This document shows, in pieces, positions 34,002-42,211 of a stretch of 45,632 nucleotides of DNA. Numbering within the stretch: the stretch's first letter is position 1; each line of letters starts with the position of its first letter. The translations under genes and the position numbers were made by a program. Below the pieces are notes generated by a model that saw nothing but the letters and a program-made list of their open reading frames with translations, did not search any database and was not told where the DNA came from. Origin of the DNA: Acidobacteriota bacterium (lineage in GTDB: Bacteria > Acidobacteriota > Terriglobia > Terriglobales > Acidobacteriaceae); assembly GCA_003225595.1 (NCBI GenBank), contig QIAR01000216.1, positions 1 through 45,632 on the forward strand, read 5' to 3'.

Positions 34002-34289
34002 ATGGCACAAGTAAAGATCACAGCCAGAAGGAATGGCCCTTATCGAGTGGAAGCGCCCGAGGGGGCAATCGAACTGGTTGATGCCGACGGTAACAAGTAC
34101 GATCTGACCGGGAAGCCGGCGTTTTCTCTGTGTCGTTGCGGTGGTTCGACCACCAAGCCCTTCTGCGATGGAACCCATAGTCGAATCGGCTTTCAAGCCG
34201 CCGAAGCGGCCGTGCGCTCCGAGGAGCAGCAACAGCATGGCAAGCCCGTTGAAAACGATCCTCCTGCGAGCAGCCCGGCGAAGGGCTGA
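34002..34289 (+). CDS. CDGSH iron-sulfur domain-containing protein
   Basis: 95 aa, with RBS GGAGG upstream. It has the signature CRCGGSTTKPFCDGTH (C-x-C-x2-S/T-x3-P-x-C-D-G-x-H). Confidence 0.85.
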   Translation: MAQVKITARRNGPYRVEAPEGAIELVDADGNKYDLTGKPAFSLCRCGGSTTKPFCDGTHSRIGFQAAEAAVRSEEQQQHGKPVENDPPASSPAKG

Positions 34290-34404
34290 ATTCGCCTGTC
34301 ATCGAGGAGAATGCTTCGGAAGGGGGAACGCAGCATTGCGGGACTCGATCTATTCCGCTAAGGGATTCCGGGGCTATACAGCCGAGGACGATAAAGTGAA
34401 GCCC

Positions 34405-34446
34405 AACTGAAATGAGAACTGGGAATTGAGAAATGAGAACTGCTCG
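34405..34446 (+). repeat. heptamer array AACTGAA ATGAGAA CTGGGAA TTGAGAA ATGAGAA CTGCTCG (left inverted copy flanking the VWA gene)
   Basis: It ends 1 nt before the VWA stop codon (TCA at 34448-34450 on the plus strand). It is near-identical to the reverse complement of 35687-35714. Confidence 0.85.
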
Positions 34447-34447
34447 C

Positions 34448-35686
34448 TCAATGAATCGTCTTCGTCTTGCGTGACATGTAATCCATCAGCAGGTACTGGC
34501 CGAGCGTGTATGGCGTGGTGAAATAGGCCTTGCCACGGCACATTTCGGTGACCTTCTGCACGAACTGCACTAGTCCATAATCGGATGCCAGCATGAAGGT
34601 GTTAATCAGAATGCCTGCACGCTTGCACTTCGCTACCTCTTCCAAAGTCTGGCTTACCACCAGAGGGTCCAGTCCGAAGGCATTTTTGTAAATTCGGCCG
34701 TCCTCAAGCGTTAATGCTGACGGCTTTCCATCGGTGATCATTACGATCTGCTTCATGTCCTTGCGCTGCCGCTGCAAAATGCGTTGCGCCAGTCGCAGGC
34801 CTTCCCGCGTGTTGGTGTAGTACGGCCCAACTTTCACACGAGCCAGTTGCGACAGAGGCACCTCTTCCGCCGAATCATGAAACAGAATCAGCGAAAGCGA
34901 GTCGCCGGGATATTGCGTGCGGATGAGGTGTGAAAGTGCCATCGCGACTTTCTTCGCCGGCGTGAAGCGGTCCTCTCCATAGAGAATCATGGAATGCGAG
35001 CAGTCGAGCATGAGCACAGTGGCGCAGGAAGACTGGTACTCGCACTGGTGTACTTGCAGATCCGAATATTCGATGTTGAGCGGCAGCTTGAGTCCCTCGC
35101 GCTGAATCGCACTGGAGAGCGTGCCGGTGATGTCGAGATTGAGCGTATCGCCGAATTCGTAGATCTTGGAAGCTCCGCTGGCCTCGATTCCCGTCGCCAG
35201 GTCGCGGGTATCGTGGCGGCCGAAGCTGGACTTGCCGAGTGATCCCAAAAGATTGCGCAGAGCTTTGTAGCCGAGAAAATCCAGACTCTTGTCCGTGACC
35301 TCGAATCTTGCCTGCTGCTGGGCTTCCCCCACCTGCCCCCCGACGCTCGGCTGACGCAAAGGATCGTGGGGCCGGTCAATCGAAATGTAGTCTTCCCGCT
35401 CCATGCGCTCGATCAGTTTTTCAATGAGTTCGTCGAGGCCGCCTTCCATCTGCATCCGCTGCAGTCGCTCGCGCATTTCTTCATCCAGGAGGTCGCCTTC
35501 GAGCAGCGCCCGCTCGATTGCCTGGCGAAGCTCTTCCAGCGTTTTCTCGCCTTCCGGCAACTCATAGAACATGTAGTCCTGGAATCCGCTCTGGAGCAGG
35601 TAGTCCGAGAGCGCGCTGAGCAGGTCCTCCATGCTCATCTCGCTGGCGGGATCGGGAACGTATTTGGTGTAGCGGACGCGTTTCAT
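34448..35686 (-). CDS. VWA domain-containing protein (partner of the upstream AAA+ ATPase)
   Basis: 412 aa. It has an acidic helical N-terminal half and a C-terminal von Willebrand A domain with an intact MIDAS DxSxS ([10 protein letters not shown]). Confidence 0.8.
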   Translation of the reverse strand: MKRVRYTKYVPDPASEMSMEDLLSALSDYLLQSGFQDYMFYELPEGEKTLEELRQAIERALLEGDLLDEEMRERLQRMQMEGGLDELIEKLIERMEREDYISIDRPHDPLRQPSVGGQVGEAQQQARFEVTDKSLDFLGYKALRNLLGSLGKSSFGRHDTRDLATGIEASGASKIYEFGDTLNLDITGTLSSAIQREGLKLPLNIEYSDLQVHQCEYQSSCATVLMLDCSHSMILYGEDRFTPAKKVAMALSHLIRTQYPGDSLSLILFHDSAEEVPLSQLARVKVGPYYTNTREGLRLAQRILQRQRKDMKQIVMITDGKPSALTLEDGRIYKNAFGLDPLVVSQTLEEVAKCKRAGILINTFMLASDYGLVQFVQKVTEMCRGKAYFTTPYTLGQYLLMDYMSRKTKTIH

Positions 35687-35718
35687 GGAGCAGTTCTCAG
35701 TTCCCAGTTCTCAGTATT
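35687..35718 (-). repeat. heptamer array (plus strand CAGTTCT CAGTTCC CAGTTCT CAGTATT); right inverted copy, abutting the VWA start codon
   Basis: The reverse complement of 35687-35714 is CTGAGAACTGGGAACTGAGAACTGCTCC, immediately followed by the VWA ATG (35686-35684). Confidence 0.85.
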
Positions 35719-35812
35719 CGCATCATGAGTGGCACGCGTCTCGTAGTTAGATCCATACTTGGATAGTTACACCCTTCCATTCTCAACTAGAACCGACAAC
35801 TGAGCCGAGAAC

Positions 35813-37300
35813 TCAATTAAGCGGCCTGCGCGGACGTACAGGCGGCTCTTCGCGGCCGAACCCGGGTTCCGGACGCTTCGGTTGTTTCTCGCCAGCGGTG
35901 AACACGCGCTCTTCGCTGCGCCCGATGCGCTTGTGCGCATACAGACCTTCGAGAATGAACTCTGCTGCGGATACCTGTACTTCGGCGCTTTCCTTAGGCC
36001 CGACCGCAACCTTGACCAGTTTGTCCATAAGCCCCTGGATGCCCCTTAGCGATTGCAGCACTTCGCCGGCACTGGCGGTGTCGGTAAGTTGAATCTCGCC
36101 ACCCAGGTCAAACCATTGCACCACCTGCTGCATATTCACGCCGTTGAAGTAGTCATCGTAGGTTTTGGCGATGGCGGCGCGGATCAATTCCCGGCCGACG
36201 TAGTCCGCTCCTTTCATCTCGCCCTCGTACTCGAGCTCCAGCTTGCCTGTGATCGCCGGCATGGCGGCATAGATGTCGCTGATTCGGGGCACGACGAGTT
36301 TTTCGTTGTGATGGATCGTCCTACGCTCTGCATTCGAGATCACGTTTTCCATGCAAGTAATAGGAAGGCGCTGACTCACACCTGATCGTTTATCAACCTT
36401 CTTGTCCTCGCGGGCCGCGAACGCGATCCGTTCAATCACTTCCTGCACATACTTCGGCAGATGCAGATGATACCCATTGCGCTGTGTCCAGGCTTCCTGG
36501 GTGGTGATGGTGATGCCTTCCGCAACGCTCGCCGGATAATGCGTGCGGATTTCGGAGCCGATGCGATCCTTCAAGGGAGTAATGATTTTGCCGCGCGCCG
36601 TGTAATCCTCCGGATTCGCGCTGAACACGAGCGCGACATCAAGCGGCAGCCGGAGAGGGTACCCCTTAATCTGAACATCGCCTTCCTGCATGATGTTGAA
36701 CAGGCCTACCTGAATTTTCCCTGCGAGGTCCGGCAGTTCATTAATGGCAAAAATGCCGCGATTGGCTCGGGGCAGCAAGCCGTAATGAACCGTGAATTCG
36801 CTGCTCAGTTCGTGCCCCCCCCGCGCGGCCTTGATCGGATCAATATCACCGATCAGATCCGCGATGGTCACATCAGGAGTGGCAAGCTTCTCCACGTAGC
36901 GGTGGTCCGGTGTGAGATAAGAGATGGATGTAGCATCTCCGAGTCTGGTGACTTCTTCACGGCAACGGCGGCATATAGGTGAATACGGGTTGTCATGAAT
37001 CTCGCAGCCCGCGATATAGGGGGTCTCCGGGTCGAGCAACGTAGTCAGCGCGCGCAGGATACGGCTTTTGGCCTGTCCTCGTAGCCCCAGCAAAATAAAA
37101 TTGTGCCTGGACAGAATCGCATTAACGATCTGAGGGACTACGGTGTCGTCGTAACCTACGATCCCGGAGAAAATAGGCCCTGGCCGGCGCAGCTTTATCA
37201 TCAGATTGTCGCGCAACTCGTCCTTAATGCGTCGCGCACGCAAACGATCCTCGGAGAAGGGACTGCAGCGGAGCTCGCCCAGTGTCCGCGGAAGACTCAT
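35813..37300 (-). CDS. ChlI/MoxR-like AAA+ ATPase (often auto-annotated as magnesium chelatase / sigma-54-interacting protein)
   Basis: 495 aa. Walker A is GLRGQAKS. The Walker-B-like block is GIFAINELPDL. A C-x2-H-x7-C-x2-C insertion (GCEIHDNPYSPICRRC) follows the P-loop. The gene is paired with the downstream VWA gene. Confidence 0.8.
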   Translation of the reverse strand: MSLPRTLGELRCSPFSEDRLRARRIKDELRDNLMIKLRRPGPIFSGIVGYDDTVVPQIVNAILSRHNFILLGLRGQAKSRILRALTTLLDPETPYIAGCEIHDNPYSPICRRCREEVTRLGDATSISYLTPDHRYVEKLATPDVTIADLIGDIDPIKAARGGHELSSEFTVHYGLLPRANRGIFAINELPDLAGKIQVGLFNIMQEGDVQIKGYPLRLPLDVALVFSANPEDYTARGKIITPLKDRIGSEIRTHYPASVAEGITITTQEAWTQRNGYHLHLPKYVQEVIERIAFAAREDKKVDKRSGVSQRLPITCMENVISNAERRTIHHNEKLVVPRISDIYAAMPAITGKLELEYEGEMKGADYVGRELIRAAIAKTYDDYFNGVNMQQVVQWFDLGGEIQLTDTASAGEVLQSLRGIQGLMDKLVKVAVGPKESAEVQVSAAEFILEGLYAHKRIGRSEERVFTAGEKQPKRPEPGFGREEPPVRPRRPLN

Positions 37301-37674
37301 GACAGAAAACCCCCAAAACGAACAACTTTGACCTCGATTATACGCCCCGCCCTAAACAGACATTTTTGTCATTGGCGGCAGCCGATTCAAAGCACATGGA
37401 AGATTAAAAAATTACCTTAATACAAAAATACAAAGTTCGCAGAGTGCTCGCGACCTCGCGGAATAAGATCCGGAAGAACGTCTCTTGATGTCTTTCTGAT
37501 AATTTTGCGTTCTAACGCGACTTGATCCAGCGAAGCAGAAACAAAGCCACGAGGATAGCTGTCAAACCGCTAAAAGAGCCGTCCGTCCACACTCGCTTGG
37601 GCGCAAGGGTTTCGGCTACGCACGAGAAGCGACAGGATAATGAGTGCAGCCATCCACGAGAAGGAAACCGCACG

Positions 37675-38283
37675 TCACCTCCCGTATCCATTACCGCCAG
37701 CTTTCTGGCGAATTTGGACAGTGCGCCGCAATTTGGGGAGAATGGCTTCGAAATATGCGATCACCGCTTGCATGCGTTTCGCCTCCGATCGCATGCCCAG
37801 CAGGTTTTGCTTGAAGTCGAGATCAAGGGGCAGAGAACCCGCGAGTTGGAACGAGAGCCTCGATTCATCTTCTCCGGGCAAATCTTGCTCCGCACCCGCG
37901 AGGGCGAGAATTTCGCGGTGCAGCTTTACCGCGAGCACCACTTCTTCCTGAGTGGCCTTTTCCGGGTCGTCCGAAAAGTAGAGCACGTCCGCTTGCAGGA
38001 ACGGGCGTTCCTGGTTGACTTCCAGTACCTCAAAGCGCTCGCGTCCCTCGGTGACGATGTCGAGACGGCCGTCATCATATTTTTTCGTGACTGCGATGAT
38101 TTCAGCTGTACAACCAATCTCAGCCACGCCCTCCTCCTGCGCGCGCACCACACCAAAGGAACTCTTCCGAGCCAGGCACTCGCCGATCATATCCTTATAA
38201 CGCGGCTCGAAGACATGCAGAGGCAGCGGCACGCCGGGAAATAACACCACCTCCAGCGGAAACAAAGGAAGAAGGGAACCCAC
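37675..38283 (-). CDS. LON substrate-binding (N-terminal) domain-only protein
   Basis: About 202 aa from GTG 38283, 4 nt after GGAGG. It reads VGSLLPLFPLEVVLFPGVPLPLHVFEPRYKDM, the typical LON N-domain start. The longer ORF to 38616 overlaps the divergent SDR gene and is rejected. Confidence 0.7.
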   Translation of the reverse strand: MGSLLPLFPLEVVLFPGVPLPLHVFEPRYKDMIGECLARKSSFGVVRAQEEGVAEIGCTAEIIAVTKKYDDGRLDIVTEGRERFEVLEVNQERPFLQADVLYFSDDPEKATQEEVVLAVKLHREILALAGAEQDLPGEDESRLSFQLAGSLPLDLDFKQNLLGMRSEAKRMQAVIAYFEAILPKLRRTVQIRQKAGGNGYGR

Positions 38284-38382
38284 AAAGCCTCCGGCGTCCA
38301 CCAGCGCAGGCGCGAGCGGAAAATATCCTCGATTGTACGACACGGCTTGACTTCCAATCGTGGGGAAGCATAAAAGCTCGAC

Positions 38383-39174
38383 ATGGAACTTGCTGGCAAA
38401 GTGGTGGTAGTCACGGGCGCCTCGATGGGGATCGGCGAGGCGATCGCAAAGCTCTTCGTTGATCACGGCGCTAATCTTGTGCTGCTCTCCCGTGATGCTA
38501 GCCGAGTCGAGGCTGCCCGCGGACGCATTGGCCACACAGAGCGTACGCTGGCGCTTTTCTGCGATATTCGCCATCGTGAAGAGATTGACCGCGTCCTCAA
38601 TCTCACTCTGCACCATTTCGACCGCATCGATGTATGGGTGAACAGTGCGGGTTTCGGCCTTCGTGACTCAGTCGCACAGATGGATATGGCGGTATGCCAT
38701 GACATGTTCGAGACCAATTTCTTTGGAACTATTGCTGCTATGCAGGGTGTGATCCCAGTGATGAAGCAGCAGGGAGGTGGGATGATCATCAACATCTCCA
38801 GCGTGGCTGGGCACATACCAGTGCCCTTTAGCGCAGCGTACTCTGCCACCAAATTTGCCATGAACGCAATCGGCAAGGCGGCGGGAGTGGAACTGAAGGA
38901 TACCGGAATCCACGTGATGACGGTTTGTCCCGGGTACGTGCGAACGGACTTTGCGGCGAATGCCGTGAAGGGCAGGGATGTCAAGACGGTGCGACCCTTA
39001 GCCTCGCGTGGCATTGACGCCCAGCGCGTGGCCCGCGCGGTATTTGAAGGATATCGCAAACAAAAGCGGGAAGTGGTCGTGCCCTGGACGATGCACCCGG
39101 TCATCAAGCTGTACCAGCTTTTTCCCGGACTGGTGGAGTGGGGAATGGTGAAGCTGGGCCAGAGAGCGGAGTAG
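38383..39174 (+). CDS. SDR-family oxidoreductase
   Basis: 263 aa. It has TGASMGIGEAIA (TGxxxGxG), NSAG and a YSATK catalytic Tyr/Lys. Confidence 0.85.
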   Translation: MELAGKVVVVTGASMGIGEAIAKLFVDHGANLVLLSRDASRVEAARGRIGHTERTLALFCDIRHREEIDRVLNLTLHHFDRIDVWVNSAGFGLRDSVAQMDMAVCHDMFETNFFGTIAAMQGVIPVMKQQGGGMIINISSVAGHIPVPFSAAYSATKFAMNAIGKAAGVELKDTGIHVMTVCPGYVRTDFAANAVKGRDVKTVRPLASRGIDAQRVARAVFEGYRKQKREVVVPWTMHPVIKLYQLFPGLVEWGMVKLGQRAE

Positions 39175-39200
39175 AAAAGCTTAGGAACGGCGTCTAACCC

Positions 39201-39287
39201 GATTGCCGATTTCCAATTGCCCGATTTCCAATCAAATCGTTCATGGCGACTCCAATTGGCAATTGAAAATTGGCCAGTTGAAAATAC
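39201..39287. repeat. two opposed heptamer arrays (GATTGCC GATTTCC AATTGCC c GATTTCC AATCAAA ... CAATTGG CAATTGA AAATTGG CCAGTTG)
   Basis: The blocks are at 39201-39236 and 39253-39280. The CAATTG core occurs at 39214, 39253 and 39260. The arrays lie in the convergent SDR/TPR intergenic region. Confidence 0.75.
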
Positions 39288-39316
39288 TTCTTTGTATCTT
39301 CACGCCGTAGCGAAAT

Positions 39317-39625
39317 CTACCCTAATTCCCCCAACATGGCTTCCATTTCCGACTGGGCGTGCGCATTCCTGGTGCGCTTGGCCGAGGCAATTCCCTCCGA
39401 CAGCATCTTCTTGGCCTCTTCAATCCGGCCGGCACGGGCGAGCGTCTGGGCAGCCATGAAATAGCCGGCGGTGTAGTCAGGATTGGTTGATATCAGCTTA
39501 GTAAATTGCTCGAGCGCCCGCTCAACTTCGCCACTCTTGGAGTACTCCATGGCGAGTCCGTATAGCGCAAAGGCATCATTAGGATTGTGAGCAAGAATCT
39601 CATTGAGCATTGTGACGCGGTCCAT
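39317..39625 (-). CDS. small TPR-repeat protein
   Basis: About 102 aa from ATG 39625 (MDRVTMLNEILAHNPNDAFALYGLAMEYSKSGEVERALEQF...). Three TPR-like helical pairs are visible. The ORF-track start at 39631 is a TTG two codons upstream. Confidence 0.6.
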   Translation of the reverse strand: MDRVTMLNEILAHNPNDAFALYGLAMEYSKSGEVERALEQFTKLISTNPDYTAGYFMAAQTLARAGRIEEAKKMLSEGIASAKRTRNAHAQSEMEAMLGELG

Positions 39626-39805
39626 GAGCAATTCTCAGTTCGGAGTGTCAAACAGATTACTACATGAGAATCGGGGTTGTAGCATCGGCGTTCGGCCGGC
39701 TGCCTGGAGGACATGCTGTCCTCCGAGCCGTGGCGTCCTGGTATTGGCGAGTCGCCAGCAGCGCGAGTACAATGGCCGTCACCCCGACACAGAGGAGCTT
39801 AAGAA

Positions 39806-40240
39806 TTGGCCTGTCCATTCTTCATGCCTACGCGAAAGTTTGAAGACGGCGCCTGGCTCCATCCTTCACGTCTTCCTTTGGGGAGTGGCTGGCACGGTCT
39901 CTGCACCGCTTCAGGCCAGCAAATCATTCCCTCTGATGAACAATTAAAGGAGTTTTGTAACCTTGGCTACGCCGCCAACTGCCCGCACCTGCCCAGCGAG
40001 CGTGTCTGGGATGCCGTGCGATTCTCGGTGGCGCGCGACTGTGCAGAGGGGGTCCTGATGTGGTACGTGTGTGAGTCCGATCACCGCCCCGCGGAGCACG
40101 GCACGCTGGAATACAATGCCGCCGATGCCGCCTGGATTCGCCCGCATGGGGATGCCCGCATCCAGAAAATGGCGGAGTGCTACCTGGACTCATATCTCCG
40201 CAAAACCAGGGCCGCGGTGGCTGCCTGCACTTCGAGCTAA
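39806..40240 (+). CDS. Cys-rich hypothetical protein
   Basis: 144 aa from TTG 39806, with RBS GAGGAG 8 nt upstream. ATG 39824 is an alternative start. It reads MACPFFMP...GWHGLC...FCNLGYAANCPHLP. I recognise no domain. Confidence 0.5.
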   Translation: MACPFFMPTRKFEDGAWLHPSRLPLGSGWHGLCTASGQQIIPSDEQLKEFCNLGYAANCPHLPSERVWDAVRFSVARDCAEGVLMWYVCESDHRPAEHGTLEYNAADAAWIRPHGDARIQKMAECYLDSYLRKTRAAVAACTSS

Positions 40241-40246
40241 TACGAC

Positions 40247-40753
40247 ATGAACGACAGCGCTGTGCTGCTCAATCCGCGCTCCGTCCGCGACTCCCAATCG
40301 GAAATGGCTGAGATCGTTCTTCCGAACGATGCCAATCCACTGGGCGCACTGCTCGGGGGACGCCTGATGCACTGGATCGATCTGGCCGGTGCCATGGCCG
40401 CACATCGCCACTCGCGGCATTACGTTGTGACCGCCTCGATTGACCATCTTGATTTTCTCGTGCCGGTCCGTGTGGGTGACCTGGTGATCCTGCGGTCGTC
40501 GGTGAATCGCGTTTTCCGTACTTCGATGGAAGTGGGGGTTAAGGTCTGGGTTGAGAACTATATCTCCGACAGTTCTCACCACGTCAGTTCCGCATATTTG
40601 ACCTATGTAGCGGTTGATCGAGAAGGCTGCCGTTTACCAGTCCCCGCTGTGGTACCGGAAGACGACGAAGAGCAGCGCCGCTACGAGGATGCGGGACGAC
40701 GGCGCGAGATCCGGCGTACAGAACTGGAGCGTCGCCGTCATCGCATGCGCTGA
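40247..40753 (+). CDS. acyl-CoA thioesterase (hotdog fold, YciA/BFIT-like)
   Basis: 168 aa. It reads EIVLPNDANPLGALLGGRLMHWIDLAGAMAA...VVTASIDHLDFLVPVRVGD, the typical 4HBT/acyl-CoA hydrolase pattern. Confidence 0.8.
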   Translation: MNDSAVLLNPRSVRDSQSEMAEIVLPNDANPLGALLGGRLMHWIDLAGAMAAHRHSRHYVVTASIDHLDFLVPVRVGDLVILRSSVNRVFRTSMEVGVKVWVENYISDSSHHVSSAYLTYVAVDREGCRLPVPAVVPEDDEEQRRYEDAGRRREIRRTELERRRHRMR

Positions 40754-40837
40754 CCGAATTTGTGACGCGCAACACGTCCTCATGATCGCCCGAATCAGCA
40801 TTAATGGCCGGTTCACGGAGCAAACTGAGAACGCAAC

Positions 40838-42190
40838 ATGGATAGCGCACTGCTCATGCATCGCCTACATTTCGCGTTTACGGTTACGTTTCATTATCTA
40901 TTTCCACAGTTGACGATGGGCTTGGCGCCTCTGATGGTTGTGCTCAAGACCATGGCGCTGCGCCGTAATGATGAGACCTATAACAAGGCGGCGCGTTTTT
41001 GGGCACGAATTTTTGGCATTAACTTCGTAATCGGCGTGGTGACCGGGATTCCGTTGGAGTTTCAGTTCGGCACCAACTGGTCTCACTTCTCACGTTTTGC
41101 GGGAGGAGTAATCGGACAGACCCTGGCGATGGAGGGCATGTTCGCTTTCTTTCTGGAATCCGCCTTCCTGGGGCTCTTCCTATATGGCGAGAAGCGGCTA
41201 AGCCCGCGGGCACACTGGTGGTCGGCAGTAGCGGTTTTCCTGGGCTCCTGGCTCTCAGGTTACTTCATCGTGGCCACCGATGCCTGGATGCAATATCCGG
41301 TCGGCTACGCGCGTGCCGCTGATGGCTCGGTCCAGCTTTCGAGTTTCTGGGCTCTGGTGCTGAATCGCTGGGCCTGGTGGCAATATGCGCACAACATGAG
41401 CGGTGCTGCTATTACCGGCGCCTTTGCGATGGTCTCGATCGGAGCTTTTTATTTGCTGTGGGGCAAGTACGCCGAGTACGGGCGGATTTTCATAAAGACG
41501 GGCGTAATGGCGGGTTGCATCTTCAGCTTGCTGCAACTGTTCCCCACGGGAGACCGGCAGGGCAGACTGATAGCCCGATATCAACCGGTCACGCTCGCGG
41601 CTATGGAAGCCCTGTTCACCAGCGGGCCTGGAGCGCCGCTGGTCATCATCGGGCAGCCCAATGTGGAAGAACGCAAAATCGATAATCCGATCCTCGTACC
41701 CAAGATGCTAAGTTTTCTGACCTATCAACGCTGGGAAGCTGATGTGCGAGGTCTGGACGCGTTCCCGCAGGAGCTGTGGCCGCAGAACATTTCGCTGCTT
41801 TACTACAGTTATCACATCATGGTGGGGCTGGGGACGATCTTCATTGCGATCATGGTGATCTCGTTGTTTCTCCTCTGGTGCGGCAAGCTGTTTAACGCCC
41901 GCTGGATGCTTTGGATACTCATGCTGAGCCTGCCATTTCCGTATATAGCGAACACGGCGGGCTGGATGACTGCGGAGCTCGGCCGTCAGCCCTGGCTCGT
42001 GTATGGTCTGTTCCGTACAGCGGATGGTTACTCCAAAACTGTTTCACCTGGTAATGCCATGTTCACCCTGCTCGGATTTATGGGAATGTACACCGTCCTT
42101 GGCATTCTGTTTCTGTTCTTGGTCCGGCGGGAAATTGAGAATGGTCCCGATTTAGATTCGGCAGTTCACGGCCAGGTCACGAGCCGGTAG
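40838..42190 (+). CDS. cydA: cytochrome bd-type quinol oxidase subunit I (short Q-loop type)
   Basis: 450 aa. The canonical N-terminus HRLHFAFTVTFHYLFPQLTMGL is present. The protein is polytopic and contains GRQPWLVYG. Confidence 0.9.
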   Translation: MDSALLMHRLHFAFTVTFHYLFPQLTMGLAPLMVVLKTMALRRNDETYNKAARFWARIFGINFVIGVVTGIPLEFQFGTNWSHFSRFAGGVIGQTLAMEGMFAFFLESAFLGLFLYGEKRLSPRAHWWSAVAVFLGSWLSGYFIVATDAWMQYPVGYARAADGSVQLSSFWALVLNRWAWWQYAHNMSGAAITGAFAMVSIGAFYLLWGKYAEYGRIFIKTGVMAGCIFSLLQLFPTGDRQGRLIARYQPVTLAAMEALFTSGPGAPLVIIGQPNVEERKIDNPILVPKMLSFLTYQRWEADVRGLDAFPQELWPQNISLLYYSYHIMVGLGTIFIAIMVISLFLLWCGKLFNARWMLWILMLSLPFPYIANTAGWMTAELGRQPWLVYGLFRTADGYSKTVSPGNAMFTLLGFMGMYTVLGILFLFLVRREIENGPDLDSAVHGQVTSR

Positions 42191-42211
42191 CAGCGCGTTA
42201 GAGGTCCTGGT

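Noticed and set aside
37510-37652. Small minus-strand ORFs (27-aa MAALIILSLLVRSRNPCAQASVDGRLF, and a hydrophobic ...LTAILVALFLLRWIKSR tail in another frame) in the LON/AAA+ intergenic gap.
   Set aside because: The hydrophobic segment has no ATG or convincing RBS. The ATG ORF is very short with no RBS. There is not enough evidence for a gene.
38284-38616. Upstream extension of the LON-domain ORF overlapping the divergent SDR gene.
   Set aside because: LON N-domain homology starts at LPLFPLEVV. GTG 38283 has a GGAGG RBS. The extension overlaps a strong SDR gene on the other strand.
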